A stretch of 64,000 bases of DNA. It comes from Amoebidium appalachense (lineage: Eukaryota; Protista; Ichthyosporea). The notes under the pieces are model-generated. The model searched no databases, had not been told where the DNA came from, and was given only the letters and a program-made list of their open reading frames with translations. A program made the position numbers and the translations under genes. Positions within the stretch are counted from its first letter, which is position 1. Each line of letters opens with the position of its first letter. The stretch is taken from contig CAVNZM010000016.1 in NCBI GenBank assembly GCA_963693365.1, positions 927,505-991,504 on the forward strand. Reading direction: 5' to 3'. Shown piece after piece: positions 21,532-34,952 of the stretch.

Positions 21532-24500
21532 GGGGGGGAGGGGGGTTACCTTGAAAACGTGTTTCCTGTCAGTGTAACCACACGTGCATGCCGGGGGGGG
21601 GCTTCTTGCCAGCGACCACAAGCCAGTTGACCGTGGCAAAATTTACCGCCTCGGCCAAGCTGCTACCAGTAGCATACCCAAAGTGGTATGCCCCAGGCAA
21701 TGTGTAGATGACCTCGCCGGCCTGCTGAACCGTGTGCTGCACAGGGACACCCTTCTTCATCAAGTAACGGGGGTGGATGAACACAGACTGTCCCACCCAC
21801 ATGTTAGTCATATGAAAAACCGGGTGGTCGTTTTTGTAAGTGCTTTTTTGTTTTTTGTTCTTCACGTCATTCACGTCAGTGTCTACCACTCCCTCTCTCT
21901 CTCTTCTTGTAGTCCTCTGTTGTGTGTGTGGTCGTTTTTTTTTTTTTTTTTTTGGGGGGGGGGGGGTGAGGGATTACCTTATGCTGTGTGACTTTCTTGC
22001 AGATACCGGCCCCCGAAAGGCCAAGCCTCTTGTAGATATCCTCGAGGATAGACGTGACCTGTCCATTGTACTCTGCACTGACTATATACCAGCTTTTGTC
22101 TCCGGGCCCACGGGTCATGATGTTGACACTTCCGAGCAGAACGTCTTCTGTGTGGGGCACAAACGGACCCCCAGTCGTGACACTGCAAAGAGGCATGGGA
22201 TTAGTTCGGGCTAAAACAGTAATTACTTCCGACTAGATGTGGCTCCGATACATTCCGAAAAGACCGACCCATACACACACCCAGGATGGTTCTGTGAACA
22301 AAAGGGGCATTTTGCAAGCCTGCCTTTTTTCCCTTTGTTGTTTGTTGTTGTGTTTTTTTTTTTTTTTGGGGGGGGGAGGGGTGGGGGGGCATACTTATAG
22401 AGCATCGGTGTTGAGATGCCCTCACAGTTCTGGAACTCTCTCGATACAATCGAGCCCAGCGTCTCCAAGCTGAACATGTAGTCGATTTCTACCCTCACTA
22501 CCTGTACACACACCACATTGCATCAACACAACATACACTCTCCGCACAAACACACGCACACACCCATGCCTACACAACATGCACTCTCTGCTGCACAAAC
22601 ACACGCACACACCCATGCCTACACAACATGCACCCTCTGCTGCACACACACGAATACACCCGTGCCTACACAACATGCACCCTCTGCTGCACACACACGA
22701 ATACACCCATGCCTACAGAATACACCCATGCCTTCACAACATGCACCCTCTGCTGCACACACACAAATACACCCATGCCCACAGAATACACCCATGCCTT
22801 CACAACATGCACCCTCTGCTGCACACACACGAATACACCCATGCCCACAGAATACACCCATGCCTTCACAACATGCACCCTCTGCTGCACACACACAAAT
22901 ACACCCATGCCTACACAACATGCACCCTCTGCTGCACACACACGAATACACCCATGCCTACAGAATACACCCATGCCTTCACAACATGCACCCTCTGCTG
23001 CACACACACGAATACACCCATGCCCACAGAATACACCCATGCCTTCACAACATGCACCCTCTGCTGCACACACACGAATACACCCATGCCTACACAACAT
23101 GCACCCTCTGCTGCACACACACGAATACACCCATGCCTACAGAATACACCCATGCCTTCACAACATGCACCCTCTGCTGCACACACACGAATACACCCAT
23201 GCCTACACAACATGCACCCTCTGCTGCACACACACGAATACACCCATGCCTACAGAATACACCCATGCCTTCACAACATGCACCCTCTGCTGCACACACA
23301 CGAATACACCCATGCCTACACAACATACACCCTCTGCTGCACACACACGAATACACCCATGCCTACAGAATACACCCATGCCTTCACAACATGCACGTTG
23401 CTGCACACACACGAATACACCCATGCCTACACAACATGCACCCTCTGCTGCACACACACGAATACACCCATGCTTACACAACATGCACCCTCTGCTGCAC
23501 ACACACGAATACACCCATGCCTACACAACATGCACCCTCTGCTGCACACACACGAATACACCCAAAACATGCACCCTCTGCTGCACACACACGAATACAC
23601 CCATGCCTACACAACATGCACCCTCTGCTGCACACACACGAATACACCCATGCCTACACAACATGCACCCTCTGCTGCACACACACGAATACACCCATGC
23701 CTTCACAACATGCACCCTCTGCTGCACACACACGAATACACCCATGCTTACACAACATGCACCCTCTGCTGCACACACACGAATACACCCATGCCTACAC
23801 AACATGCACCCTCTGCTGCACACACACACGAATACACCCATGCCTACACAACATGCACCCTCTGCTGCACACACACGAATACACCCATGCCTACACAACA
23901 TGCACCCTCTGCTGCACACACACGAATACACCCATGCCTACACAACATGCACCCTCTGCACAAACACACGCACATACACACACATGACACACACGTACCT
24001 CACTGGGTGTATGGGTGTTTTTAAGAGGTGTCAGATCCGTTCCGTAAAGGAACATTTTACTGTAACTTTCCGGTAAGGAGTCCAATAGCCCCCAGAACTC
24101 CTCCTCATCCAACGGGTCCCCCTGCTCAATCGTGTTAGCTCCTGTTCACGGTAACCATACCCTAATGGTTGCAAATACGCACCTCTGGAATTTGCTCTTT
24201 GATGTCCTCCCTATAAACGAGGAAGACATGCTTGATGGCGGTAGCCTCCAGAAAGATGTTGGTGTAGGATTTTCTCACTGGTGTGGCCCAAGCAGCCTCT
24301 TTCAGCCCCTGCACTACCGGTTCGGGAAGCATGAACTTGACGGCACCAGCTGCCCGAACCCCGTGTCGTTTTTCCATTACCCTAACTATCCTCTCCAATG
24401 AGTGCTTTTCTAACTGCAGTTGGCTGAGATGTTTCACGGGTACCTCGGTGAACCCTACCGACTCCCCTGTCTCCGCCCCCTGCTGTTGCCCCCTATCCGC

Positions 24501-24653
24501 CTCCTCCGCTTCTTGCTCTGTGTGTGTGTGTGCCATGCGTGTGTGCATGTGTGTGCCGGGTGTGTGTGCATGTTTGTGCCGGGTGTGCGTGTGCGTGTGT
24601 GTCGGGGTGGGGGGTAGGATTAGCCAAGGTGGATGCACGTGTGCAGGTGTGTG

Positions 24654-24696
<43 letters not shown>

Positions 24697-26395
24697 TGAT
24701 GCCTTCTGTGTATGTGTGTGGTGGTGGTGGTGGTTGGGTGCGTGTGGCGGGGATTAGTCGAGGTGCCCAGGTGCATGCATGCGTGGGGGGGGGGGGGATA
24801 GCCCAGGTGCATGCGTGCGTGCAGACGTGTGATCCCTTCCGTGTGTGTGCGGGGAGAGGGGGGATAGCCCAGGTGCATGCGTGCGTGCAGACGTGTGATC
24901 CCTTCCGTGTGTGTGCGGGGAGAGGGGGGATAGCCCAGGTGCATGCGTGCGTGCAGACGTGTGATCCCTTCCGTGTGTGTGCGGGGAGAGGGGGGATAGC
25001 CCAGGTGCATGCGTGCGTGCAGACGTGTGATCCCTTCCGTGTGTGTGCGGGGAGAGGGGGGATAGCCCAGGTGCATGCGTGCGTGCAGACGTGTGATCCC
25101 TTCCGTGTGTGTGCGGGGAGAGGGGGGATAGCCCAGGTGCATGCGTGCGTGCAGACGTGTGATCCCTTCCGTGTGTGTGCGGGGAGAGGGGGGATAGCCC
25201 AGGTGCATGCGTGCGTGCAGACGTGTGATCCCTTCCGTGTGTGTGCGGGGAGAGGGGGGATAGCCCAGGTGCATGCGTGCGTGCAGACGTGTGATCCCTT
25301 CCGTGTGTGTGCGGGGAGAGGGGGGATAGCCCAGGTGCATGCGTGCGTGCAGACGTGTAATGGCTTGTGTGTTGGGGGGGGGGGTTTACCCGGCCTGAAA
25401 TCCCAAGGAGATGGGTTGCGGGTGTGGCGGTAGCCCTCTGCCCCCTCTGCCCCTCCCTCTCCTCCCCCCTCTACCTCCAAATCTCCCCCCTCCCCACCCC
25501 CACCCTCTCCCTCTCCCTCCCCCTCTCCCCCTTCTCTCTCTCCCTCATCTCCCCCCTCCCCACCCTCTCCCTCTCCCTCCCCCTCTCCCCCTTCTCTCTC
25601 TCCCTCATCTCCCCCCTCCCCACCCTCTCCCTCTCCCTCCCCCTCTCCCCCTTCTCTCTCTCCCTCATCTCCCCCCTCCCCACCCTCTCCCTCTCCCTCC
25701 CCCTCTCCCCCTTCTCTCTCTCCCTCATCTCCCCCCTCCCCACCCTCTCCCTCTCCCACCCCCTCTCCCCCCTCCACTCTTGCCCGCTTTCTCGGTCGGT
25801 CACTCGTCGGTGCAGGTAGCTTGAAAGCGGGGCTGCCTGGGGGGCTACGTGCAGCCCCATCCCACCACACTTTCCATCCGTGCTTTTTGAACATGCGACA
25901 AATCTGGAACTCCCCCGGCAAAGTACCCACCACGGCAGGTATGCGACTGTAGTCGTTACTGCCAGGATACAGAGAAATGCGACCGAGCTTCACCGCCCAA
26001 CCCTCACTCGAAAACGGATGATAGCTGTGAAGATCATAAATCTTCCATCGAGGACCACCAAATCTGAGAATCCAGGCTACAACTGCCGGGATGCCCATGT
26101 CGTTTTCGAATTTGTGTAGGTTGTAGTTCTTCCTGCAACTAGGACGTCCGTCGTCCAGTTCAATCAAAAAAACATAAACATGTTCTGAACCCGTTGGCAT
26201 CACCAAATATATGATCGGTGCGAGTTTTTTTTTTTGAGGATGACGATAAATACTCTGACGTGTGAGTAGCCTTTCACCGGTAAATATAACTGACGGATCA
26301 ACGTCGTTCGAAAGCCTAAATGTGGGTGGGTCGAGTGGTATGGTGCTCGGGAATGCACGAGTGATGAGCGCCAGAATATTGCCGTTAACAGCCAT
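21075..26395 (-). CDS. KDM4-like JmjN/JmjC histone demethylase, 7 exons (26395-25390, 24517-24183, 24121-23999, 22501-22395, 22182-21978, 21787-21550, 21164-21075)
   Basis: GT-AG introns join in phase, with CTAAC branch sites at about 24138 and 21806. JmjN-like GAVKFMLP; JmjC EGISTPMLY, PHTED, KSWY, QHK, QQAGEVIYTLPGAYHFG, AEAVNFAT. One 1-nt slip is needed in the G9 run at about 21597. Confidence 0.85.
22560..23960. repeat. Intronic minisatellite (49/64-bp units)
   Basis: Repeated ACACCCATGCCTACACAACATGCACCCTCTGCTGCACACACACGAAT within JmjC intron 3. Confidence 0.9.
24795..25357. repeat. Intronic 48-bp tandem repeat, about 12 copies
   Basis: Near-perfect units within JmjC intron 1. Confidence 0.9.
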
Positions 26396-26510
26396 GTTGC
26401 TGTGTGTGTTTTTGTGATGTGTGTAATTGTGAGCACCCTCTGCCTGTAAGACTGTCTGTGAGAGCGCTCTGTCTGTGTGCTTGTGCCACCGTGTTGTAGC
26501 GCTCGTGCTT

Positions 26511-26628
<118 letters not shown>

Positions 26629-26929
26629 AATCGTTCCTAGGAAAGCTCGTGCATGCGCGCGCTATGTTTTTTGTGTCCAGTCTAACAATGTTTGTGTTTA
26701 GCAGAACTCGTTTGTGTGTGTGCTCTGTTTTCGTATCCCAAACAATCTACGATTGTGTGCATAAGCCTAAAATGTGCCTCGCACAGGGAAACATGAAGGA
26801 AATTCTATGTATCTGTATTGGCTAAAAAAGGGGACAACTGATAGCGCGGTGTGCACAGGTTATTATAACAAGTTTCTTTGTTGTTTTCGTTCTGTTTTTG
26901 GCAATCTAGCCTATTTGTAATTACAATGG

Positions 26930-27195
26930 AAACATGTACAACAGCAGCGCCGGGCGAAAGTGACACGAACTGGTGTGGTGCGCTTGATTATGTTTGAAAC
27001 ATGCACAACAGCAGCGCTGGGCGAAAGTGACACGAACTGATGTGGTGCGCCTGATTACGTTTGAAACATGCACAACAGCAGCGCTGGGCGAAAGTGACAC
27101 GAATTGGTGTGGCGCGCTTGGTTATGTTTGAAACATGTACAACAGCAGCGCCGGGCGAAAGTAACACGAACTGGTGTGGTGCGCTTGGTTATATT
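26930..27195. repeat. About 67-bp tandem repeat, 4 copies
   Basis: ACAACAGCAGCGCYGGGCGAAAGTRACACGAA units. Confidence 0.85.
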
Positions 27196-28681
27196 TGTTC
27201 GTTCGGGAATCAAGATGGACTCTTGTAATTTCTCTGTTGTATATAGAGCGCAAAGAGAGTGTTGAACATATATTCTCATTTCGCAAAGCTTGAAGCAAGC
27301 AAGAAAATCACGTTTTTGATGACTGGCCAATTAATGTTTTGTTCAGTTTGGCCAATGGAATCACTGATTGGCGCGTACGTGATAATAAGCTAATCAGTGA
27401 GATCGGCTAATAATAGTTTGGGTAGCAAGGCCAGCCTGCCCAACCAAGACCCTTTTGCAAGTAACAATTGTGATTTATTCTAATAGGCAATAAATATTAA
27501 AAAAGCATAATTTATTTATGTTTATTTATACTTTACGCGGACACAGACATTTGCTTGGAATTTTGTTTGGAAAGGGTCCTGTGAATCTGGTCTTCGAAAA
27601 GCGTTGCAGCCTTGAGTCACGGTGTATTGACCAACTAGATTGTACCAATGCCGATAAGCGCTTGCCTAGAGTACCAGTGCCCGATCACGTTGACCCAACC
27701 ACTATTCACCAATCACCGATTGGTTTTGTTGGCTGGCGCATTTACGTGATGACTGGCCAATGAAATTAGTGACTGATAGCAGCACCGACCCTGGAGCGTT
27801 TTGACTTTCCCAACTGAGCAAGGAATAAGGGAAATCCTAAAAGAGGGTTGTATGTTTTATGACATATAAGGTTCTATAAATAAACAACCATGCGCTTGGG
27901 ATTTTGGTTGGAAAGCGTTTTGTATTTGCCCCATTTGAATCCGATGCTTCGATTTCGGTCAATCAGAATACCCTGAGCATCAGCGCCGCGAATCACGTGG
28001 GGCAAGAACCAACCCTATGCACCAATCAAAACGCTTGCACGTAAAAAGGTCCGCGAATAAGATGTTGTGAAAGCGTATATCCTTCGATGTTTTAAACTAG
28101 CGCTCGTTTTGTCCTGTATATTATATTTTTATTTCGTATATTCACCTTTTTTATACAGTTTACCTGTGAACCAAACACGATTAGAGATATATTCACTAAC
28201 AGCGCCAAAAAGTTCTGTTTTTCTTATGCTTGATTCTCGTAACATAAGATCGTATTTTGCGCAATGGCTTCATATAAATAATTGATGGCGGTTTTTTTAT
28301 ATCAGTTCACAGCGCTGTCATTTTCTACTTTTCTGATTCTTTTGTTCATGGCTGTGTTTGCACACGACGGTGTTTGCCTAGAGAAACGTAACACTCTCTT
28401 TTTTTTTTCTTTTTCTCTTGTTCACGACTGGGTTTGCACAGGACTGTGTTTGCGCAGAGAAACGTAACACTCTTTTTTTTACTTTTTCCTTTGTTCACAA
28501 CAGAGAATCGTATTCGTAGCACTTTCTTTTTTTTTTTTTCCTTTTTCCCTTGTTTTTTTTTTTTTCCTTTTTCCCTTGTTCACGACTGGGTTTGCACACG
28601 ACTGTGTTTGCGCAGAGAAACGTAAGACTTCCTTTCTTTTTTTCCCTTTGTTTATCCTTTTTTTTTGTGAAAACTGTCACG

Positions 28682-30114
28682 ATGGATTATTCCCAGCAAA
28701 CTCCCGGGTCGGGGTCATACGAAACCAACATCAGCAAGTCCGCCGACCCCGTCACATCGGAAGTCCCCCCCCCATCCAACCCCCCCCCACACTCCGGCGG
28801 CGAAGTCCCCCCCCCATCCAACCCCCCCCCACACTCCGGCGGCGAAGTCCCCCCCCCATCCAACCCCCCCCCACACTCCGGCGGCGAAGTCCCCCCCCAT
28901 CCAACCCCCCCCCCACACTCCGGCGGCGAAGTCCCCCCCCATCCAACCCCCCCCCCACACTCCGGCGGCGAAGTCCCCCCCCCATCCAACCCCCCCCACA
29001 CTCCGGCGGCGAAGTCCCCCCCCCCATCCAACCCCCCCCCACACTCCGGCGACACTGCTCCCGTCGATCCAAAAATGTTCGAAGAGTACTTGGAGACTGT
29101 GTTGCAGTCGAAAGTAGACAGTGCCATTGCCTCTGCATTGGCAAAGGTCGGTACTGCGGCCACTGCACCCGCTGTCACCACCCCAACCACCGAATTGCAG
29201 GAGAAGCTGGAAGCCGCAGAGAAAGAATTACAAACGAAGGATCACGACATCCAAATCCTTAAGGGGGAAATTGCCGAGCTAAAATCGGCGGCGGCCAAAC
29301 AAAAACACTTTGCAGATGCAAAGGAACAGGTGTTATCGGCAAAGAATCGGGACCTCGAAGGGCAGCTTGTTGGAAAGGTGGCCGATATCCTGGAGCATCA
29401 GGCTGAAGGGGAAAGATACCGGGCCGAGATTACCAAGCTTCAGTCACACATTGCGACCATGAGGGAATCATACCGTAGAACAATCGACGAGAGCACACAG
29501 AAACTTCGTGGGTGGAAAGATGACCCCCAGCCCCTCCCCGACATTACCGTCCAACACGGTCTCGCCCCCCCCCCTCCCCCCCCCCTGGTACGACCAATCA
29601 AAATCCCACCCCCACCCTCCCCCCGCCCGGTACCACTCAACCCAAAACCCCCCTCAACCTCCCCCTGCCCCTTCTCGCCCACCCCCCGCTCGGTTTCCCC
29701 TCTGTCATGCCCGTACCCCCCTTCAATCCGTCCCTCGCCACCGTTACCAGCACTCCTGCACCTTTTTCCCAATCCCGCACTTTTGGTGCCTCTCTTCCCT
29801 CCATGATGTCGAACCCCTCTGCATATCCCCAGGGTTCAAAGAGAGGAGTGCCAGATATTTCTTTCGGTGTGTACAAACGGCACCGCCAGGAAGAGACGGC
29901 ATTTGAGACGGCAATAGATGAGGAATTGGAGGACATGATGGGTATGGGCGAGAAGGTCGAGGGGAAGAAAGGGAAAGAAAGTGGTCGAGCAAAGAAACCA
30001 AAACCGAGTCAGAAACCAGCCCCTGCCCGCAGTGGCAGGACACGAGCAAAGAAAGTTTCAGATATACATGTTATTCACGGGGACAGTGATGAACACGAAG
30101 ACGAACAAGATTAG
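28682..30114 (+). CDS. Pro-rich repeat/coiled-coil protein, probably one gene split by a poly-C frameshift near 29570-29700
   Basis: ATG at 28682, EVPPPSNPPPHSGG repeats, a ~130-aa heptad region, and a charged C-terminus in another frame. Confidence 0.5.
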
Positions 30115-30411
30115 GAGGTTGGGAGTGGTGAGGGGTGTGTTTTGATTTTGTTGTATGTGTCAGGGGCTGGGTATGGCCACAGGGGCTGGCTGATGTATTT
30201 TAATATATGACTGTTGATACTGGTAGCACCATGTAGGCATCTTGTTTTTCTGGTTCTGGATGGTTTAGTATTTGTGGTTATTATATATGTACAAGTCTTC
30301 TGGATGGTTTAGTATCTTGTGGTTATTATATATGTACAAGTCTTGTTTTGCTGTTTTCAACCGATTAAATATCGATTGTATACAAAGAAGTCCAGGTCCC
30401 TTTTGGTACAC

Positions 30412-30764
30412 ACTTGCATGCACGTTCAAAGTCTCCCCCCCCCCCCCTCCCCCCCACCCCACACTCCCCTCCCCATGCATGCATGCCCGTGTGGCACACA
30501 GTTTGTGTGCTTTCATAAGTCTATTGCATGCACGTTCAAAGTCTCCCTCCCCCCCCCCACCCCACACTCCCTCCCCATGCATGCATGCCCGTGTGGCACA
30601 CAGTTTGTGTGCTTTCATAAGTCTATGCACGTTCAAAGTCTCCCCCCCCCCCCCCCCCCACCCCCCCCCCCCCCCCCCCCCCACCCCACACTCCCTCCCC
30701 ATGCATGCATGCCCGTGTGGCACACAGTTTGTGTGCTTTCATAAGTCTATGCACGTTCAAAGTC

Positions 30765-30806
<42 letters not shown>

Positions 30807-30988
30807 ACCCCACACTCCCTCCCCACGCATGCATGCCCGTGTGGCACACAGTTTGTGTGCTTTCATAAGTCTATGCACGTTCAAAGTCTCCCCCCCCCCA
30901 CCCCCCACCCCACACTCCCTCCCCATGCATGCATGCCCGTGTGGCACACAGTTTGTGTGCTTTCATAAGTCTATGCACGTTCAAAGTC

Positions 30989-31025
<37 letters not shown>

Positions 31026-31319
31026 ACCCCACACTCCCTCCCATGCATGCATGCCCGTGTGGCACACAGTTTGTGTGCTTTCATAAGTCTATGCACGTTC
31101 AAAGTCTCCCCCCCCCCCCCCCCCCCCCCCCCCCCCACCCCACACTCCCTCCCCATGCATGCATGCCCGTGTGGCACACAGTTTGTGTGCTTTCATAAGT
31201 CTATGCACGTTCAAAGTCTCCCCCCCCCCCACCCCCCACCCCACACTCCCTCCCCATGCATGCATGCCCGTGTGGCACACAGTTTGTGTGCTTTCATAAG
31301 TCTATGCACGTTCAAAGTC

Positions 31320-31356
<37 letters not shown>

Positions 31357-31437
31357 ACCCCACACTCCCTCCCATGCATGCATGCCCGTGTGGCACACAG
31401 TTTGTGTGCTTTCATAAGTCTATGCACGTTCAAAGTC

Positions 31438-31469
<32 letters not shown>

Positions 31470-31630
31470 ACCCCACACTCCCCCCCATGCATGCATGCCC
31501 GTGTGGCACACAGTTTGTGTGCTTTCATAAGTCTATGCACGTTCAAAGTCTCCCCCCCCCCCACCCCACACTCCCTCCCCATGCATGCATGCCCGTGTGG
31601 CACACAGTTTGTGTGCTTTCATAAGTCTAT
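30412..31630. repeat. Minisatellite (~100-125 bp with variable poly-C)
   Basis: Repeated ATGCATGCCCGTGTGGCACACAGTTTGTGTGCTTTCATAAGTCTATGCACGTTCAAAGTCT. Confidence 0.9.
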
Positions 31631-31646
31631 CGATGTATATTGCATT

Positions 31647-32535
31647 CACAGCAACTGTCTTTTTATTGTATCCACTTTGGGTATGAAGCGCTGGCGCTGG
31701 GTTTGTCGTATACTCCACTTCGGGGCTTTTGTATGCAGCGCTTATTTCCCCTCTTTTTGCACACACAGCTTTGCACACACAGCAACTGTCTTTTTATTGT
31801 ATCCACTTTGGGTATGAAGCGCTGGCGCTGGGTTTGTCGTATACTCCACTTCGGGGCTTTTGTATGCAGCGCTTATTTCCCCTCTTTTTGCACACACAGC
31901 TTTGCACACACAGCAACTGTCTTTTTATTGTATCCACTTTGGGTATGAAGCGCTGGCGCTGGGTTTGTCGTATACTCCACTTCGGGGCTTTTGTATGCAG
32001 CGCTTATTTCCCCTCTTTTTGCACACACAGCTTTGCACACACAGCAACTGTCTTTTTATTGTATCCACTTTGGGTATGAAGCGCTGGCGCTGGGTTTGTC
32101 GTATACTCCACTTCGGGTCTTTTTGTATGCAGCGCTTATTTCCCCTCTTTTTGCACACACAGCTTTGCACACACAGCAACTGTCTTTTTATTGTATCCAC
32201 TTTGGGTATGAAGCGCTGGCGCTGGGTTTGTCGTATACTCCACTTCGGGTCTTTTTGTATGCAGCGCTTATTTCCCCTCTTTTTGCACACACAGCTTTGC
32301 ACACACAGCAACTGTCTTTTTATTGTATCCACTTTGGGTATGAAGCGCTGGCGCTGGGTTTGTCGTATACTCCACTTCGGGTCTTTTTGTATGCAGCGCT
32401 TATTTCCCCTCTTTTTGCACACACAGCTTTGCACACACAGCAACTGTCTTTTTATTGTATCCACTTTGGGTATGAAGCGCTGGCGCTGGGTTTGTCGTAT
32501 ACTCCACTTCGGGTCTTTTTGTATGCAGCGCTGGC
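31647..32535. repeat. 131/132-bp tandem repeat, about 7 copies
   Basis: Near-identical units. Confidence 0.9.
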
Positions 32536-32555
32536 GCGGTGACACGTCAATCGGA

Positions 32556-32996
32556 TTAAAAGTCCGAGTGACTTGTTTGTCTCAGAGTGGTGTCGTACTC
32601 CGCAGCACCCGTCTTCTTATTGAAATAGTATATGACTGCATACATCAATGGTGTAACCAATAAACATGTGAGGACAATAGCAGCGCTGACGTACACCAGA
32701 TACATTTTGTTCACTTTCTCTCCAGCATTCGGTTCGGACTTCATTAAATTGTACCAGTGTATATTTGCAATGACACTGCATATAGATATCACATAAAGAA
32801 TGCCTGTGGTGACCGTGCTGTCGAACATGTACGTGTACCTCACAAAACTTTCAGTATCCGACGTGTTACACCCCAAAAGTGACCTTCTGAGATCTTGCCT
32901 GTGGTACAAACTCTTGATGCCGTGTTGCTCTTGTGTTTTACCAGTACCCCTCTCTCCAGATGCCGAATTTAGATTGGAATTCGTGAATACACCCAT
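32556..32996 (-). CDS. Possible small two-TM protein
   Basis: 146-aa ORF with two hydrophobic segments. Confidence 0.35.
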   Translation of the reverse strand: MGVFTNSNLNSASGERGTGKTQEQHGIKSLYHRQDLRRSLLGCNTSDTESFVRYTYMFDSTVTTGILYVISICSVIANIHWYNLMKSEPNAGEKVNKMYLVYVSAAIVLTCLLVTPLMYAVIYYFNKKTGAAEYDTTLRQTSHSDF

Positions 32997-33131
32997 GTGA
33001 TTGGTCAGTGGTTTGGCACCAAGAGATTAATTGATATGCCATCAACCAGTCAACAAAAAGTACTCGCTTTTACTTTTTGTCTCACTTCACCCCAATCCAA
33101 GAACAGTGCACACCAAAACAAAACACTAGAA

Positions 33132-33614
33132 ATGGGAGACGCACTTTTGTGCCCCGATTCGGTTGACCCCGAACGATGCCCTGCATTTGCACCCTCAAAA
33201 AAAGCCCAGTGCAAAAACAAAAAGGAAACATGCCCATACCACAAGGACGGCTTCAAGCCCTGGGTATGCTTTGCCCCTGCCACCGGTGTCCTCCTCTACA
33301 GCGACAACACCATCAACATCCTCCACCCCCACAAGGCCGGGGACTATGCTCATGCAAACCTCCTGCTGGACGACCTCCTGGCCGCCTTTACAGTCGCAGA
33401 AATGCAGCGCCCTCGCACCGAGCGCACCGGGGTACCCGTGCCAACTGTGTCCACTCCGGATCCACCCATGGGTGCACCACAGCCACCGGTTGTAGCTGCG
33501 GCAGTGGGTGTGGGCAGGGAAAATGGGTACTGCCAGGGCAAAACCAAGGCTGGCAATCCCTGCAAAAACAGGGTGAAATCTACGACCCATTGCCATAAGC
33601 ACACGCCCAAATAA
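33132..33614 (+). CDS. Viral-type protein with two C-x-C-x-C-x2-H zinc motifs (DUF5763-like)
   Basis: RCPAFAPSKKAQCKNKKETCPYH and YCQGKTKAGNPCKNRVKSTTHCHKH. Intron-less; AATAAA overlaps the stop. Confidence 0.6.
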   Translation: MGDALLCPDSVDPERCPAFAPSKKAQCKNKKETCPYHKDGFKPWVCFAPATGVLLYSDNTINILHPHKAGDYAHANLLLDDLLAAFTVAEMQRPRTERTGVPVPTVSTPDPPMGAPQPPVVAAAVGVGRENGYCQGKTKAGNPCKNRVKSTTHCHKHTPK

Positions 33615-34952
33615 AAAAACCAACCCTGTTCCTCCTTGCCTCACCCCCCCCTGCCTCCCTGCACGTGTGCCCCCCTGCCTCCCTGCACGTGTCCCCCCCC
33701 CCCCCCTGCCTCCCTGCACGTGTCCCCCCCCCCCCCCCCCCTGCCTCCCGGAACCACGCCCCCAGTGGAGTCTCTTAGTACACGTGACCATGGCCATATG
33801 CATACACAACATTTATCCACGCCGTGAGTGGCTCCCCAGTCTCCCCTGCTCCCCTGCCTCCCCTGCACGTGTGCCCCCCCCTGCCTCCCGGAACCACGCC
33901 CCCAGTGGTGCCAGTGAGTGCTCCCCTGCTCCCCTGCACGTGTGCCTCCCCTGCTCCCCTGCCCCCCCCCCCCCCTGCCTCCCGGAACCACGCCCCGGCG
34001 CAGGGCCAGTGAGTGCTCACGTGCCTCCCCTGCCTCCCGGAACCACGCCCCGGCGCAGTGGCAGCTATTTTTAGATATAGAGATTCCATGGCCACATGGC
34101 CAGATGGCCAGATCATTTTGGCTCCCGTTTTATCCCGTTTTATCCACCTTTTTTACACACTGAATTTGACCTGGCCATCTGGCCATCTGGGTAGAGACCG
34201 TTTTCTGTTCTAATATTGGAGAACTGTCTGATAGTGATAGAAAATGTCATTCGAAGAACAATCGGGAAACTACGTGGTGTGACAACCAATCAGAATGAAG
34301 CAACCTGTGTGAAAGCAACGACCAGTACCATCCGCAAAGCCCCCCTCCGCCTAAACCCTGTCTTGTATTGTTAACCGCACTACAAGTTGGAATATATATA
34401 AATAACGGATATAATTAAAAAATACTCTAACGGTTTTGTGAGATTTCAGTTGAATAATTTAGATGTTATAGATAAATCTGTAGCCGGTTGCGATCTGCAG
34501 CCGGCTATAATTTTTACATCCCATGGTAATTTCAAGCTTGCGTAAAGAGCCCCAGGCCGTTTGTTCGCGCCTGTTTGAGAAAAGTCCGTTGTTTTTGCGA
34601 CACACGGTCAGTTTGTTTTGGCGGGCGTTCTTAGCACATGTGGTTGACATTTTAGTGTTTATGTTAGAGGCTGCATGCATATTTGCAAACCAACAAAATG
34701 GCGCACATAACACACATGCACCACGCCATACTAGTTTGTGGAGAGCAACGTATACCAGCTGCGGTTGGCCATAGGCTCTACCGGTGCTGAAGGCTGCACT
34801 ATAAAAAGGTCCGTACAAGACGTAGTTATTCCACCCGGTCACAAAGGCTACTGTGTGACAAGGGTGTCCACGACTTTTCTTCTTGCAGCTACCCTCTGTC
34901 CTGTGTAGCGTTAGTGTGTCTTTTCCCAGCCGTCTAGACGTTGACCATCAAA

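Noticed and set aside
21590-21602. Programmed frameshift or pseudogenisation in JmjC exon 6 (similarly at about 29570 and 49005)
   Set aside because: These fall in long G/C homopolymers, where sequencing error is the simplest explanation.
22518-24076. 480-aa His/Thr/Cys-rich ORFs in three frames
   Set aside because: Translations of an intronic minisatellite that lacks stop codons.
30265-32663. Many overlapping ORFs
   Set aside because: All derive from tandem repeats.
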